From assembly GCA_017468085.1 (NCBI GenBank), contig JAFUJR010000029.1, forward strand, positions 3,371 to 67,370: a stretch of 64,000 bases of DNA, written 5' to 3'. Positions 1 to 9,997 of this stretch are shown here, piece after piece. The notes under the pieces are model-generated. The model searched no databases. It had not been told where the DNA came from and saw only the letters and a list, made by a program, of their open reading frames with translations. Numbering within the stretch: the first letter of the stretch is position 1; each line of letters begins with the position of its first letter. Position numbers and translations under genes: made by a program. This DNA is from Clostridia bacterium (GTDB taxonomy: Bacteria; Bacillota; Clostridia; Christensenellales; Borkfalkiaceae).

Positions 1-519
1 ATCGTAGCCGATGACCTCGCGAAGAAATGCAAGCCCGCCCATGCGGTAACCGTCGCTGCCGTTTGCTTGGATAAAGACGACGTTGCCTTTCGTTTTGATA
101 TAGTAGCCGCTCGTGCCCAAATCCTCCTTAGGCATCGTCAAACCAAAACTTTCAAAGACGTCCCTATGTCCGTATACGATTGCATAAGAGCTTTGGGTAA
201 TATTCGGTTTTTCGGCGGAGTATTCGAGCTCTGCGCCCGTCGCCGCCAAGACGTGTTCGGTAACGAAACTTACCGATTTGTTGATTGCCGCGCTGAGCGT
301 CGAATCGGAAACGTCGGCATAGATTTTATAGTCCGTTTGCTGATTGACAACGAAAGGCACGTTGCTTTCTTTTACGTTTACTTTATGTAAAGTATCTTCG
401 GCGTAATGTTGCACTCTGTCCGTCGTGGTAACCGCATTCGATTGCGAATCGCACGCCGCACAGGAAAGAGAAAGAAACGCGCCAAGCAGGATGGAGATTA
501 TTTTATTCGTTTTCTTCAT
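1..519 (-). CDS. Lipoprotein, N-terminal 173 codons only (gene continues past the left edge); function unknown
   Basis: Hand translation of the minus strand from ATG 519-517 to base 1 has no stop. A GGAGGAGA Shine-Dalgarno lies just upstream. N-terminus MKKTNKIISILLGAFLSLSCAAC is a signal peptide with a lipobox Cys. Absent from the ORF track because no stop lies in the window. Confidence 0.6.
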   Translation of the reverse strand, partial: MKKTNKIISILLGAFLSLSCAACDSQSNAVTTTDRVQHYAEDTLHKVNVKESNVPFVVNQQTDYKIYADVSDSTLSAAINKSVSFVTEHVLAATGAELEYSAEKPNITQSSYAIVYGHRDVFESFGLTMPKEDLGTSGYYIKTKGNVVFIQANGSDGYRMGGLAFLREVIGYD

Positions 520-531
520 AATTTCTCCTCC

Positions 532-3500
532 TTACTTGACCGTAACCGTTGTTTCAAAGGTGGTTAAGTTCCCCAATTGGTCGTACACGTAAATTAATAC
601 CGTGTACGCGCCCGCATATTCGCAACGAACGGCGTTGACGTCGTCGTAGAGCATAATAGGCATACCGTTGGGGTTGATAATCATCTTGATGACGGTGATT
701 TCTTCCGCTGTGCTGTGATTGTCGGAAACGGTGAATTTGGGAATGACGAGCAAGTCCCCTACTTTAAGGTTTTTCTTGAAATCGTCTTTGAAACTGATCG
801 TCGGTTTTTCGCCGTCGATGACGGTGATCATATAATCGAAGTACGCCTTGTTGCTTGCTTGCCACGTACCGACTTCCTTAGCTTCGACGGAAACGATATA
901 TTCGCCGTATTCCGTGAGCATAATATCGTAATCCACGGTTGCGTCCGCGCCTTGCAAGGGTGTGCCGTCAAGACTGGTAACCACCTCGCCGCTCGGCGAA
1001 ATGACGGTGAGCAGCGCTTCCGTATTGGGACAGAGCACGTCGCCGACGATTACTTTTTGCACCGTGTAAACGGTATCCTTAAAGGCGTTTTCCACCACGC
1101 TGTTTTGCGTACTGATGAAAGGTCCGATGGTATCTTGATTGTTGCTTACGCTGATATTGCAGACTCTGTCGATGAAGATAGCGCCTCCCTCTTCTACGTT
1201 GTGAAGAGCAAGCTCGAAATACAGCTTACCCGACGGGAAGCCTTGGAAAGGTCTGCCGTCGTCCGTCGTCGCAACCGCCACCGACGTAGTGCCGTCAATG
1301 ATAAAATCCTTACCGTCAAAGCCGAGGTTGAAGCTGGAGCTTGCGCCGTCGAAATCGACGTTGAGCGAGATACTTGCGCCGCCCACCGTAAGCACGGTTT
1401 CATCCTTGCCTTTGGAAACGGTGGCGCTTACTTGCACGCTTGCGTCTACGCTGTCGCGTAAGCAAAGGCTGATTTCGGAAAATTTAGACGCGCCTGCCAC
1501 CGACATTAGGTCGAGGGAAAAATTGCTTGCCATCAACGGATTGATGAATACAACTTTCACCTTTTCCGACGGCGAGTTCGCCGTGATTTTCAAACCGTTG
1601 TATCCTGCGAGTTCGTAATTGTTGACAATCGTCAAATCGTCTTCGGTGTAGAAATACTTTTCAACGTTGACGACTTCGTACTGTCTGTTGGTACTGCCGG
1701 GAACGAGCGCCATGCTAAGCACTACGCGGACGGGAATTTCTTTTTCAAGAAGGGAATAACCGTCGCAGCTATACGTAAGTTTCAACGTTCCGTCTTCCTT
1801 TACTTTCGGCGTAAAGTTTTCGCCCGAGTCGTACGTTTTCGTTTCGCCGCCGCACTCGACGGTTACTTGACAGAGCTTTTCCTGCTTACTGCCCGCGCTG
1901 TAATCATACGCGTAAAGTTTGGGAAGGACGTAAGTCGAGCCCGAAATATACGCAACGGGGAATTGCGGTACGTCCGCAAGGATAGGCTGTTCGCTGACTT
2001 CCGCATTTAACACGCAAATCGCCACGGCGACGTTGCCTACGTAGTCCGTCGCAGTACAGCTCAGCGTCCATTCCCCTGCTTCTTCCAAGCAAAACGTGCC
2101 GCCCGTGATGGGGCTTGTTACTCTGCCCTTCGTAAGCTCGTAAGAAACCCGTACTTCGCCGCAACCGCCCGCAGTATCCACCTCGGGAATCCTTTTTAAC
2201 GTGCCGACAACTACGTTGTTTTCATAGCCGTCGGGAATGGTTACGGAGAGTTTTTCTATATCGGATTCAAGGTAAGCGCGGACCCATAAAATTTCACGGC
2301 GGGTATTGCCGCTGAAATCGGTTGCCTCGTAAATAATTGCGTACATGCCTACGTCGTTTACCTTAAAACGCCCCTCTACGACGTCCACCATCTTCGCGTG
2401 CTGCATACCGTAATTATGCCATACGGAAACGCTGACGGAGCTTTCGCCGCTGACTTGGTCGATTGCCGTTGCCGTCGGGACGGGATAAGAGCCGCCAACC
2501 ACGGCGTTGGGCATTTTTTCGTAAGTGTTGTTCACCGTGATGACGGGCGCTTCTTCGTCCACGTAATTCTTTGCGGAAAGGTCGATACCCTCAATTTTGG
2601 TGATACAGATATTCGCCGTTACGTCGTTATAATTGGCCGCGCTGATGGAAAGTTTGGCTTTTCCGCTAGGGAAACCAAACCAAAGTTTATCGTAATAAGC
2701 GCTGTCGTCCAAGTCGGAAATAATTTTACCGCCTGCCCACGCTTGACGGGAATTGTGGTCGTAACTGATACAGAACAGCTTTTGATCGGGCGCGACGGGA
2801 GTAGGGTCGAGATGCCCCCAGAAAAGTCCCGTGTCCATCGCCATAAAGCTGTGCGGCACGACGCAACCGAGCGTACTGCCCTTATGCAGACGGCCAACGT
2901 GCTCTAAGCCGCATTGTACCTGTCCGTTGCCTGCGGCGGTGAAATAGGTTAAACCGTACGCGCGGCTGTCGTTGTGGAAATTACCGTTATAGACAAGCTG
3001 CACGGAAGGGTCTTCCACATCCGTGAAAGTAAAAATCATTTTTGAAAAGTCTACCGCACCGTGCGCGTTGGGCAGAACGAACCCCTCGACGAGTTTGACG
3101 GACGGCGTCATTTTCGTCATATCGAAAACGTGGTCGAACGTGATGACGTCGCCGTTGGCAATGCGCAGGGTCAAGCCCATAGAGTCTGCACCCAAATGGG
3201 TAACGCGCCCGTATTCCGCCGAGGTTTTTTCGCTTTGATGGGAGGCGAGCCTACCATAGACGGTAAAGCCGTATTCTTTGGTGTACACCTTGCCGTCAAT
3301 CGTCGCAAAATAGCGCAGGACGTACTTACCGCCCTGATTGAGGGTTACGGTAGCCTCGTTCGTCTGCGTGCCGTCGGGGAATTCCAAGGACGGGCTGGCG
3401 GTTACGCTCTTTCCGTTTTTATCAAAGGTACAAGCAGGCAGGGCGAACTCGTCGCCGAATGCGTACTCGTTTGCAATTTCCTGCGAGGTCGTAACGCTGA

Positions 3501-3618
3501 GCTGCGCGTTGGCGCGCATATAGACGCCAACCGACGTGAGCGTAAGTACCAAGAAAGAAAATATGCAGATAAAAACAAGGGTCAAGCGAACTCTGTTTTT
3601 CGTGTTTGTTTTGGTCAT
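532..3618 (-). CDS. Large N-terminally anchored extracellular protein with Ig-like beta-sandwich repeats (DUF5011/HYR-like pattern); function unknown
   Basis: 1028-aa ORF; ATG preceded by AAAGGAGAG. One N-terminal hydrophobic helix (LTLVFICIFSFLVLTLTSVGV). Repeated segments such as EEAPVITVNN...YEATDFSGNTRRE and GEKPTISFKD...VYDQLGNLTTF. Last gene of the upstream ABC operon. Confidence 0.6.
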   Translation of the reverse strand: MTKTNTKNRVRLTLVFICIFSFLVLTLTSVGVYMRANAQLSVTTSQEIANEYAFGDEFALPACTFDKNGKSVTASPSLEFPDGTQTNEATVTLNQGGKYVLRYFATIDGKVYTKEYGFTVYGRLASHQSEKTSAEYGRVTHLGADSMGLTLRIANGDVITFDHVFDMTKMTPSVKLVEGFVLPNAHGAVDFSKMIFTFTDVEDPSVQLVYNGNFHNDSRAYGLTYFTAAGNGQVQCGLEHVGRLHKGSTLGCVVPHSFMAMDTGLFWGHLDPTPVAPDQKLFCISYDHNSRQAWAGGKIISDLDDSAYYDKLWFGFPSGKAKLSISAANYNDVTANICITKIEGIDLSAKNYVDEEAPVITVNNTYEKMPNAVVGGSYPVPTATAIDQVSGESSVSVSVWHNYGMQHAKMVDVVEGRFKVNDVGMYAIIYEATDFSGNTRREILWVRAYLESDIEKLSVTIPDGYENNVVVGTLKRIPEVDTAGGCGEVRVSYELTKGRVTSPITGGTFCLEEAGEWTLSCTATDYVGNVAVAICVLNAEVSEQPILADVPQFPVAYISGSTYVLPKLYAYDYSAGSKQEKLCQVTVECGGETKTYDSGENFTPKVKEDGTLKLTYSCDGYSLLEKEIPVRVVLSMALVPGSTNRQYEVVNVEKYFYTEDDLTIVNNYELAGYNGLKITANSPSEKVKVVFINPLMASNFSLDLMSVAGASKFSEISLCLRDSVDASVQVSATVSKGKDETVLTVGGASISLNVDFDGASSSFNLGFDGKDFIIDGTTSVAVATTDDGRPFQGFPSGKLYFELALHNVEEGGAIFIDRVCNISVSNNQDTIGPFISTQNSVVENAFKDTVYTVQKVIVGDVLCPNTEALLTVISPSGEVVTSLDGTPLQGADATVDYDIMLTEYGEYIVSVEAKEVGTWQASNKAYFDYMITVIDGEKPTISFKDDFKKNLKVGDLLVIPKFTVSDNHSTAEEITVIKMIINPNGMPIMLYDDVNAVRCEYAGAYTVLIYVYDQLGNLTTFETTVTVK

Positions 3619-3639
3619 TTTTCTCTCCTTTTCGTGGGC

Positions 3640-4527
3640 TTAGCCTTTAATCCCACCTACGGATAAGTTGCCCATCAACTGCTTGCTAAACACAGCAAAA
3701 ATGGCGATGACGGGAATGGTTACGATGACAACCGTCGTCATAACGTACGGCAATTCTTTAAACGCCGTATCCGCAACCTCTTGACCTTGCGACTGCTGAT
3801 AAAGCGCCAAGGACAAGGTTTTGAAATCGGGAAGATACAGGTTGGGGATCAAGTAGTCGTTCCAGTACTCGATAAACAAAATCAAGGTGATGGAAAGGAA
3901 GGTGTTTTTTACCAAAGGCATGGCGATGTTGCACATAATTTGCCAATCGTTTGCGCCGTCGATACGCGCCGCCTCGTAATAGCCCGCGGGCATGGATTTA
4001 AACACCGAATAGAATACGAGGTAATACATTCCCAAAAAGTTGGAACGCATCAGCCACATGCCCCAAATATGGTTGTAAAGGCGCAAGTCCTTTGCCATTT
4101 GGATTTCCGCCGCCTGACTGCCGACGATGGGAATAATCATCGTAACGATAACCACCGAGTAGACGAGGCGGGAGAACCAATTGTCGTATCTTGCGCAAAG
4201 ATATGCCACCACGCAGGTAACGATTACCTTAAACACCGAACACCCAACCGAATAGAGAACGGTGTACAAAGCCATTTCTAACAAGGTATAATCGGCAAAG
4301 CCGTTGTTTATTTCGGCTATGTTCTTGAAGAACATAAATTTCTTAGGCCAGCCGATGACGTTGTTTTCCCCCATCAAGGAATAATAGTCGCCGTAATAAG
4401 CCTTGGACGCCGTAAGGAACGCCCAGAAGAAGATGGCGAGCATAAACAAAACGTACGCCGACAATACGACGAATAACGTGATCGTCAATGGAGAGAGGTT
4501 TTTCTTAATCGTTTTCGAAATTTTCAT
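3640..4527 (-). CDS. Carbohydrate ABC transporter permease (MalG/LplC-like)
   Basis: 295 aa with multiple hydrophobic segments. Contains the EAA-loop motif YYEAARIDGANDWQIMCNIAMP typical of binding-protein-dependent sugar permeases. Confidence 0.85.
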   Translation of the reverse strand: MKISKTIKKNLSPLTITLFVVLSAYVLFMLAIFFWAFLTASKAYYGDYYSLMGENNVIGWPKKFMFFKNIAEINNGFADYTLLEMALYTVLYSVGCSVFKVIVTCVVAYLCARYDNWFSRLVYSVVIVTMIIPIVGSQAAEIQMAKDLRLYNHIWGMWLMRSNFLGMYYLVFYSVFKSMPAGYYEAARIDGANDWQIMCNIAMPLVKNTFLSITLILFIEYWNDYLIPNLYLPDFKTLSLALYQQSQGQEVADTAFKELPYVMTTVVIVTIPVIAIFAVFSKQLMGNLSVGGIKG

Positions 4528-4541
4528 AACCGTCCCCTCCC

Positions 4542-5462
4542 CTATTCTTCCTTAGGCCCGAATTTTTCCAGGCAGTACTTCACCAAATAAGTAAGCGGAA
4601 CGGCGATTGCCGTCAAAATCAAACCGAGCGCCGCTACGGGAGGAATGTCCTGCTCGTGCCCTACCGTTTTACCGGCGCGGACGTACAGGAAATAGCCGAG
4701 CGAACGGAACTCTACCGTATCGTTTGCCAACAAGAATAAATTATACTGATTGGTGAAAATGGTTGCCACGCCCGTAATCAAGAATACGGAAAGAGTGGGG
4801 AAAGTGAGCGGCAGAACGACGTACCAAAATTCTTTGATACCCGTTGCGCCGTCGAGCGTCGCCGCCTCTACGATTTCGGGGGGTATGTCAAACATTTTAT
4901 TCGCATACATCAATACGGACGTACCGAAGCTAACGTACAGATTATAAAACAAAATCGCCAAAAGCGGTTGCGTATCGAAACGCAAGTCCGTATGCCCGAA
5001 AAGTAATGGCGTAACTTCGTTTAAAACGATTTTATACGTCAATGCAAAAGCCGCGGCGGGAATGATAGACGGAATAAACAAAAAGACGCGAAAAAAGGTG
5101 GAGGCAGGCATCTTTTTAAATATGTAATAAGAGAACAGCAAGCCCAAAGGAATGCTGACAAGCAAATTTATGCCGTAATAAACAAGCGACATCTTGCTTG
5201 CCGAAAGCAAGGCTTGAAATTCCGATTTATCCGTAAACCAACGCGCGAAATTTTCAAAGGTCATACGCCAAACGATTTGCGTATCGCTGATTTTTTCCTG
5301 CTCCATAAACGCGTAACCGAAAGATTTTAAGTTGACGACGATATAAAACAGAATAAACTGAATTACGGGGAACGCCATAAGCGCAACGTAGAAGATCATG
5401 CTTCCACGCTGCATCTTATTCTTCTTTTTTAAGTTTTGATTGGTGTTTACAGAATTCAACAT
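4542..5462 (-). CDS. Carbohydrate ABC transporter permease (MalF/LplB-like)
   Basis: 306 aa polytopic protein with EAA-loop IVEAATLDGATGIKEFWYVVLP. Adjacent to the partner permease and the binding protein. Confidence 0.85.
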   Translation of the reverse strand: MLNSVNTNQNLKKKNKMQRGSMIFYVALMAFPVIQFILFYIVVNLKSFGYAFMEQEKISDTQIVWRMTFENFARWFTDKSEFQALLSASKMSLVYYGINLLVSIPLGLLFSYYIFKKMPASTFFRVFLFIPSIIPAAAFALTYKIVLNEVTPLLFGHTDLRFDTQPLLAILFYNLYVSFGTSVLMYANKMFDIPPEIVEAATLDGATGIKEFWYVVLPLTFPTLSVFLITGVATIFTNQYNLFLLANDTVEFRSLGYFLYVRAGKTVGHEQDIPPVAALGLILTAIAVPLTYLVKYCLEKFGPKEE

Positions 5463-5471
5463 CGTTGACCT

Positions 5472-7226
5472 TTATTGTTTTAAAAACTCTTTCCAAGTGC
5501 CGGAAAGTCCGCTGAAATTGGTATACATACCGTTGAAGTAGTCCTTCAAGGATACGTTTGCCTCTAACGCCATGGTAAACGTACCCGCGTATGCCGAGGA
5601 CTTATACAAAGGACTGCACTCGCCGTCCCACAGTTCTCTGAACGTGTTTTGGTTGTTTGCAAAAATCAAATTATTGTCGTAAGGGAATACTTTATCCGCC
5701 GCCGTATACGCGTCGTAGAAAGATTTTCCAAAATAGGAAAGCGCGTCGTACTGCGTATCCGTCAAGGTGTAATTTAACGCCTTGGTGCAGCTTGTGATCT
5801 GCGTGAACTGCGCGAGTTGCTCGTCGCTGTTTGCGAACTGAATGAAGTCGAGCGCGTACTTATATTGCCAGCTATCCTTGTCCACACCGCTCTTCATCAT
5901 GAGCAAGGGATACATGATGTCGTACATGGTCTGCTTTTCACCGACCTTTTCCGACGACTGCTTAGGCAAAGGCATCCAACCGAGCTTTCTGTTCTGCTTG
6001 GAATAGCTTTCGTTCAGTTTGCCCATTTGCGTAAAGGTGGACGTTGCTTCCGCCTGCCACCAGCTACCGTCAAGGAGCATAGCGTTTCTGAAAGTGCCGA
6101 GTTTTAAGAAGTTGTTTTGCGCCGCGGTATGGGAATAGGTGGAGCTGAATAACGTCGTACTCGTATTGAACTCGCCCTCTTTCTTTTTCGTTTCCTCTTT
6201 GTTGATATAGGATTTATTGTACAGCGTTTGGTAGAAATCCATTGCGTAATACTTACCCGCTTGACGAGCTACCTCATAGCCGTTTGCGCCGTGGAGCGGG
6301 GTATCCTCTTCGTCGAAAACAAATCCGTCGTCAGTCGCCACGCCGAGGTTGGTCGCTTCCCCTTGGAAAGAGAAGTTGAGGCTCATTTGTTCAGCGCCCT
6401 CGTAATCGGTTGCCAACGCGTTAATGAAATGCGCGAGGTAAGAATTTCTGTGCTGCCCCGACCAAGTTAAAGGTCTGTCGCCACCCGTACCCGCTATGTA
6501 ATCGCAAAGTAAGAAGAATTCTTCGTACGTCGTAGGTAAACCGTCGTCAGACGAATAGTCAACGCCGTCGATCACCCCCGTTTTTCCGTCGGGGCCAACC
6601 GTTTTCTCCCAGCCGTATTGCGCGCCCTTTTGACCGAAGAACATATTGTTCAATTCGCCGTTTGCGTCGTAATCCTTTACGAAATAATAACCCTTGGTAT
6701 CAAACAATTCCACGTCGTAAACGATACCGAAGCCGGTGAAATAGTGAGGATATGCATAGTAGTGCATTTCCCCGTCGATTTCTCTGCCAAGGTATGCCTT
6801 TTGCGCGGGGAACATTTTGCTTTCAAGCGTCTTGCCTCCCTCGTCGTAGGGGTTTGCGGACGTAATCGCCGTAGTAATGTCCTCTACGTAGTTGTTCGCA
6901 ACCAAATCGTAATAGTCTTGCTGCTCCAAGAAATAGATCGTTTCTTGTCTGCCGCGCATTTGCGCGCCCGTAACGTCAGACCCCAAAGGCGTGGGCTTGA
7001 TTTTAATACCTTTTTCGGGATAACCGGGAACTTCGACGTCGGCATGTAACGCTTCGTAGTCCGCAATCAATTTTTCGAGCCACTCAGACTGGAAGCCGCT
7101 GGTGAAACTGTACACGTAAAGCGTCGCTTGCTTGCTGTCCGAATTCGTTCCTCCGCAACCGACGGAAGAAAGAGCCGTCGCTAACAGGACTGCGCCTGCG
7201 ATCAATTTTTTAGGAAAATTTTTCAT
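5472..7226 (-). CDS. Extracellular solute-binding lipoprotein of the sugar ABC transporter (large LipO-like type)
   Basis: The ORF track starts at TTG 7238. ATG 7226 is preferred because GGAGG sits 6 nt upstream. N-terminus MKNFPKKLIAGAVLLATALSSVGCGG is a lipoprotein signal. First gene of the permease operon. Confidence 0.75.
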   Translation of the reverse strand: MKNFPKKLIAGAVLLATALSSVGCGGTNSDSKQATLYVYSFTSGFQSEWLEKLIADYEALHADVEVPGYPEKGIKIKPTPLGSDVTGAQMRGRQETIYFLEQQDYYDLVANNYVEDITTAITSANPYDEGGKTLESKMFPAQKAYLGREIDGEMHYYAYPHYFTGFGIVYDVELFDTKGYYFVKDYDANGELNNMFFGQKGAQYGWEKTVGPDGKTGVIDGVDYSSDDGLPTTYEEFFLLCDYIAGTGGDRPLTWSGQHRNSYLAHFINALATDYEGAEQMSLNFSFQGEATNLGVATDDGFVFDEEDTPLHGANGYEVARQAGKYYAMDFYQTLYNKSYINKEETKKKEGEFNTSTTLFSSTYSHTAAQNNFLKLGTFRNAMLLDGSWWQAEATSTFTQMGKLNESYSKQNRKLGWMPLPKQSSEKVGEKQTMYDIMYPLLMMKSGVDKDSWQYKYALDFIQFANSDEQLAQFTQITSCTKALNYTLTDTQYDALSYFGKSFYDAYTAADKVFPYDNNLIFANNQNTFRELWDGECSPLYKSSAYAGTFTMALEANVSLKDYFNGMYTNFSGLSGTWKEFLKQ

Positions 7227-7257
7227 AAATGCCTCCAACGCATAATATTACAATATA

Positions 7258-7287
7258 ATTATAACACACCCCCAAAAGTCCGGTCAA
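7258..7287 (-). promoter_or_regulatory. Sigma-70-type promoter for the binding-protein operon
   Basis: The minus strand reads TTGACC, an 18-nt spacer, then TATAAT. It lies about 30 nt upstream of the start at 7226. Confidence 0.5.
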
Positions 7288-7322
7288 TACTTTTTTTTCA
7301 CGAGTTTATATGGAATTTTGAC

Positions 7323-7365
7323 ATAAAAATCCCCAAAACAGGCATTTTTTGCATGTTTTGGGGAT
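7323..7365 (-). terminator. Rho-independent terminator after the AraC-family gene
   Basis: The minus strand has a 12-bp stem ATCCCCAAAACA/TGTTTTGGGGAT followed by TTTTTAT. Confidence 0.75.
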
Positions 7366-7389
7366 ATTGTTTCTATAATAATAGAAAAT

Positions 7390-8247
7390 TTATTCTTTCA
7401 CATCCATACCGCGATATTCGCTCGGGGTGCAGCCGTACTTGTTTTTAAAGCGTTCGTAAAAGGTGTTTCTGTCTGAAAACCCACATTCCGTGATAATTCT
7501 GTCGATGGTGTAATCGCTGTTTTTTAAAAGCTCGCAGCAGTGCTTTAAACGAATATCCATAATGTAGTCGGTAAAGCTCATGTTAAACGCTTTTTTGAAA
7601 AGTCTGCTAAAGTACGCAGGGTTGTAGAAGCATTTTTGCGAGAGATCGCTAAGCGAAATTTTCTCGTTGGAATGCTCGGCAATATAGTCGAGGATTTCCT
7701 GCGGGATCAAGTGTTCCTTATTGTCGTTTTTTACGAAAATTTTACGAAAAACTTTGCAGAGAATGATGTTGATGTACGAGTCCAAAATCAGCGATTTCGC
7801 AAGCTCGTTTTTCGCAAGCTCCGCTTCAATATTTTTAAAGAGATTAACAATATCGTCGCGCTCGCTGTAATCGAAAAAGACCAAGGGCGTTTTGTCGTTG
7901 AGCTCGTGCTGGATCTTTTCAAACGACGTAAGGGCGAGCATATAAAAAAGGTTGTCGTCCTTGAGCATATTTTTCGTGAAATATTCCACCCGAATCATCA
8001 AGTTATACGCAACGAGTTTGTCGTCCACGTAAAAGGCGTGCGTACAGCCGTGATTGATAAAGAGCAAGTCCCCTGCCTTTACCGAAAATTCTTCGCCGTC
8101 GATACAATGCCTGCCCGTGCCTTCCATGATATAAACGATTTCTACGAAATCGTGATTGTGAATTTTCTCGTCCCTGTAATCGCAAATACGCTTGATTGCC
8201 ACCATTGCGTCGGACTGGAAATAATCTTTCGCTTTATAGTGTAACAT
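7390..8247 (-). CDS. AraC family transcriptional regulator (cupin sensor plus C-terminal HTH)
   Basis: 285 aa. The N-terminal half has a cupin-like HxH region (IHNHDFVEIVYIMEGTG). The C-terminal part, LSDLSQKCFYNPAYFSRLFKKAFNMSFTDY...GFSDRNTFYERFK, is the AraC HTH signature. Confidence 0.85.
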   Translation of the reverse strand: MLHYKAKDYFQSDAMVAIKRICDYRDEKIHNHDFVEIVYIMEGTGRHCIDGEEFSVKAGDLLFINHGCTHAFYVDDKLVAYNLMIRVEYFTKNMLKDDNLFYMLALTSFEKIQHELNDKTPLVFFDYSERDDIVNLFKNIEAELAKNELAKSLILDSYINIILCKVFRKIFVKNDNKEHLIPQEILDYIAEHSNEKISLSDLSQKCFYNPAYFSRLFKKAFNMSFTDYIMDIRLKHCCELLKNSDYTIDRIITECGFSDRNTFYERFKNKYGCTPSEYRGMDVKE

Positions 8248-8619
8248 TTTCCCTTTCCCTTAAACTGAGTTTTCCCTCCTTGGGGTTTTCACAGTTGTCA
8301 TTATAGCAAATTTTTTTACGATTTTCAAGTTTTTTTAGGCAAAAAGTCATTATCCCCACTAATTTTTACAAAAAAGCCGACATTTTTTAGGGGGCAAAAA
8401 ACGAAAAACGTAGCGTCCAAAAACCCCTCGCCTGCGGCGAATTTTTTCGTCGCAATTTTGCGCTTACGACAAGGGCGCACGTCATTTTTATTTCCTTTTT
8501 TCCACAAAAAAACACCTACGGTTAAGCGGGAAAACGCAAGTCCGCACTGCGTATACGGTTACTTGATAATTCCTTTAAAATCATCAAATAGGCGCAAAAT
8601 CACTTTCAACGTTTTACAA

Positions 8620-9372
8620 TTAAATTTCTAATTCCGCATAAAGCCCGTAATGGTCGGACGGGAATTTTCCCTCAACGAGTTCGTCGATAATCTTAAACGA
8701 GATCGGCGTTATTTTTTTATCGATAAAGCAATAGTCGATATGCTCGTTAAACGTATTTTGCAGGTCGTATCCGTGATAAGTAGACCTTCTGTCTTTTACC
8801 GTAACCTCGTTAACGTCCGTGAAATTTTTGACCGCTTCCGCATAAGGCGCAGACGAGGGAATCATATTGAAATCGCCCGTAATGAAGGTGGGATAATTTG
8901 AAAATTTTTCCACGTACCGCCCTATCAACCGTACGCTTTTTATTTGATTTTCCTCTCCAAAACCAAAATGAGTATTGAAAAAAGCAAATATCTTTCCGTC
9001 TTTTTTATCCTGTAACAAAACGTATAAGCAAATGCGGTTGTGCCCTATGCTATCCCAACCGCCCGACATCTTTTCAGGGGTGTCGGAAAGCCAAAAATAA
9101 CCCCGCTTTAAGCAATCGAATTTGTCTTTTTTCCAAAGAATCGGCGCGGACTCCCGCCAACCTACGTCGCGATATTTATTAAAAAATTCATACCGCTCAC
9201 GAAAATGCTTGTTGATATGCCTCGTCCAAAGCGGAGTGAATTCTTGAAAGCCGATTACGTCGGCATCATATTCCTCCATGATTTTTGCAAGTCTCGGCGC
9301 TCTTTCTTTGACGCTGTTCCCGTTCACGTCGTCTTTACAACGAATATTAAAGCTTACGGCTTTGATTTTCAT
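8620..9372 (-). CDS. Endonuclease/exonuclease/phosphatase (EEP) family protein
   Basis: 250 aa. Contains SFNIR...DVIGFQE...TGDFN...PSDHYGLYAELEI, the EEP catalytic motif series. AAGGAG Shine-Dalgarno upstream. Confidence 0.75.
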   Translation of the reverse strand: MKIKAVSFNIRCKDDVNGNSVKERAPRLAKIMEEYDADVIGFQEFTPLWTRHINKHFRERYEFFNKYRDVGWRESAPILWKKDKFDCLKRGYFWLSDTPEKMSGGWDSIGHNRICLYVLLQDKKDGKIFAFFNTHFGFGEENQIKSVRLIGRYVEKFSNYPTFITGDFNMIPSSAPYAEAVKNFTDVNEVTVKDRRSTYHGYDLQNTFNEHIDYCFIDKKITPISFKIIDELVEGKFPSDHYGLYAELEI

Positions 9373-9650
9373 AATTAACTCCTTAACCTCTTTTATTTTT
9401 CCAACTTTCGTTTAGAACGATAAGGACTGCCGCCGTTGTTACGGAAAAATATAAGCGCTCCCGCTCGTATAAAAATTCAACAACAGCATTCTACTTTGTA
9501 AAACTTATAACAGTATACCACAATCGGCGTATCTTGTCAAATAGATAGCTATATATGAATATGAAAAGAAACCGAGATTCAAGCGAATACCCGCGCTTTG
9601 CGTGAGCGTATCCGCGCTGCGTATATAGCCATTTGGCAAACGATAAACGT

Positions 9651-9681
9651 ATAAAAACCACCAGTTCGATTGGTGGTTTTT
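9651..9681. terminator. Bidirectional hairpin terminator in a non-coding gap
   Basis: AAAAACCACCA gttcgat TGGTGGTTTTT: an A-run, stem, loop, stem and T-run. No annotated gene ends here. Confidence 0.5.
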
Positions 9682-9885
9682 GTTATCACAATTAGCTTAA
9701 CAAGCCAAAGCTTGCAGCAGTCAAGTTTTCTCCGTCGATTCAAAATAAAAAAGTATTTTTTTACATTCAACGCGTACATGGTAGCCCCATTTTTTATTTT
9801 TTACAGCCAATTGACCTTTAAAATTCTTAGCCTTAAATAAATATTATAGCGCAATTATGCCTGCGTCGATATAGGTTTTATCAAT

Positions 9886-9930
9886 AAAAAACCGCTGAAA
9901 ACCTTAAAAATAGAGGTTTTCAGCGGTTTT
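9886..9930 (-). terminator. Rho-independent terminator after the 204-aa repeat lipoprotein gene (bidirectional shape)
   Basis: Perfect 13-bp stem ACCGCTGAAAACC/GGTTTTCAGCGGT, flanked by an A-run and a T-run. Confidence 0.8.
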
Positions 9931-9997
9931 TCACTAAATCTAAATGAAAATCAAATCTCGTATAAAAGCCCAAACACACGTTTTAAACTTCAAAACG

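Noticed and set aside
715-3666. Plus-strand ORFs 715-1461, 2398-2907 and 3061-3666
   Set aside because: They are antisense shadows of the 1028-aa gene, with Arg/His-rich composition and no start signals.
9579-9779. 66-aa minus-strand ORF in the non-coding gap
   Set aside because: It reads straight through the hairpin terminator at 9651-9681, has no ribosome-binding site, and lies in AT-rich sequence.
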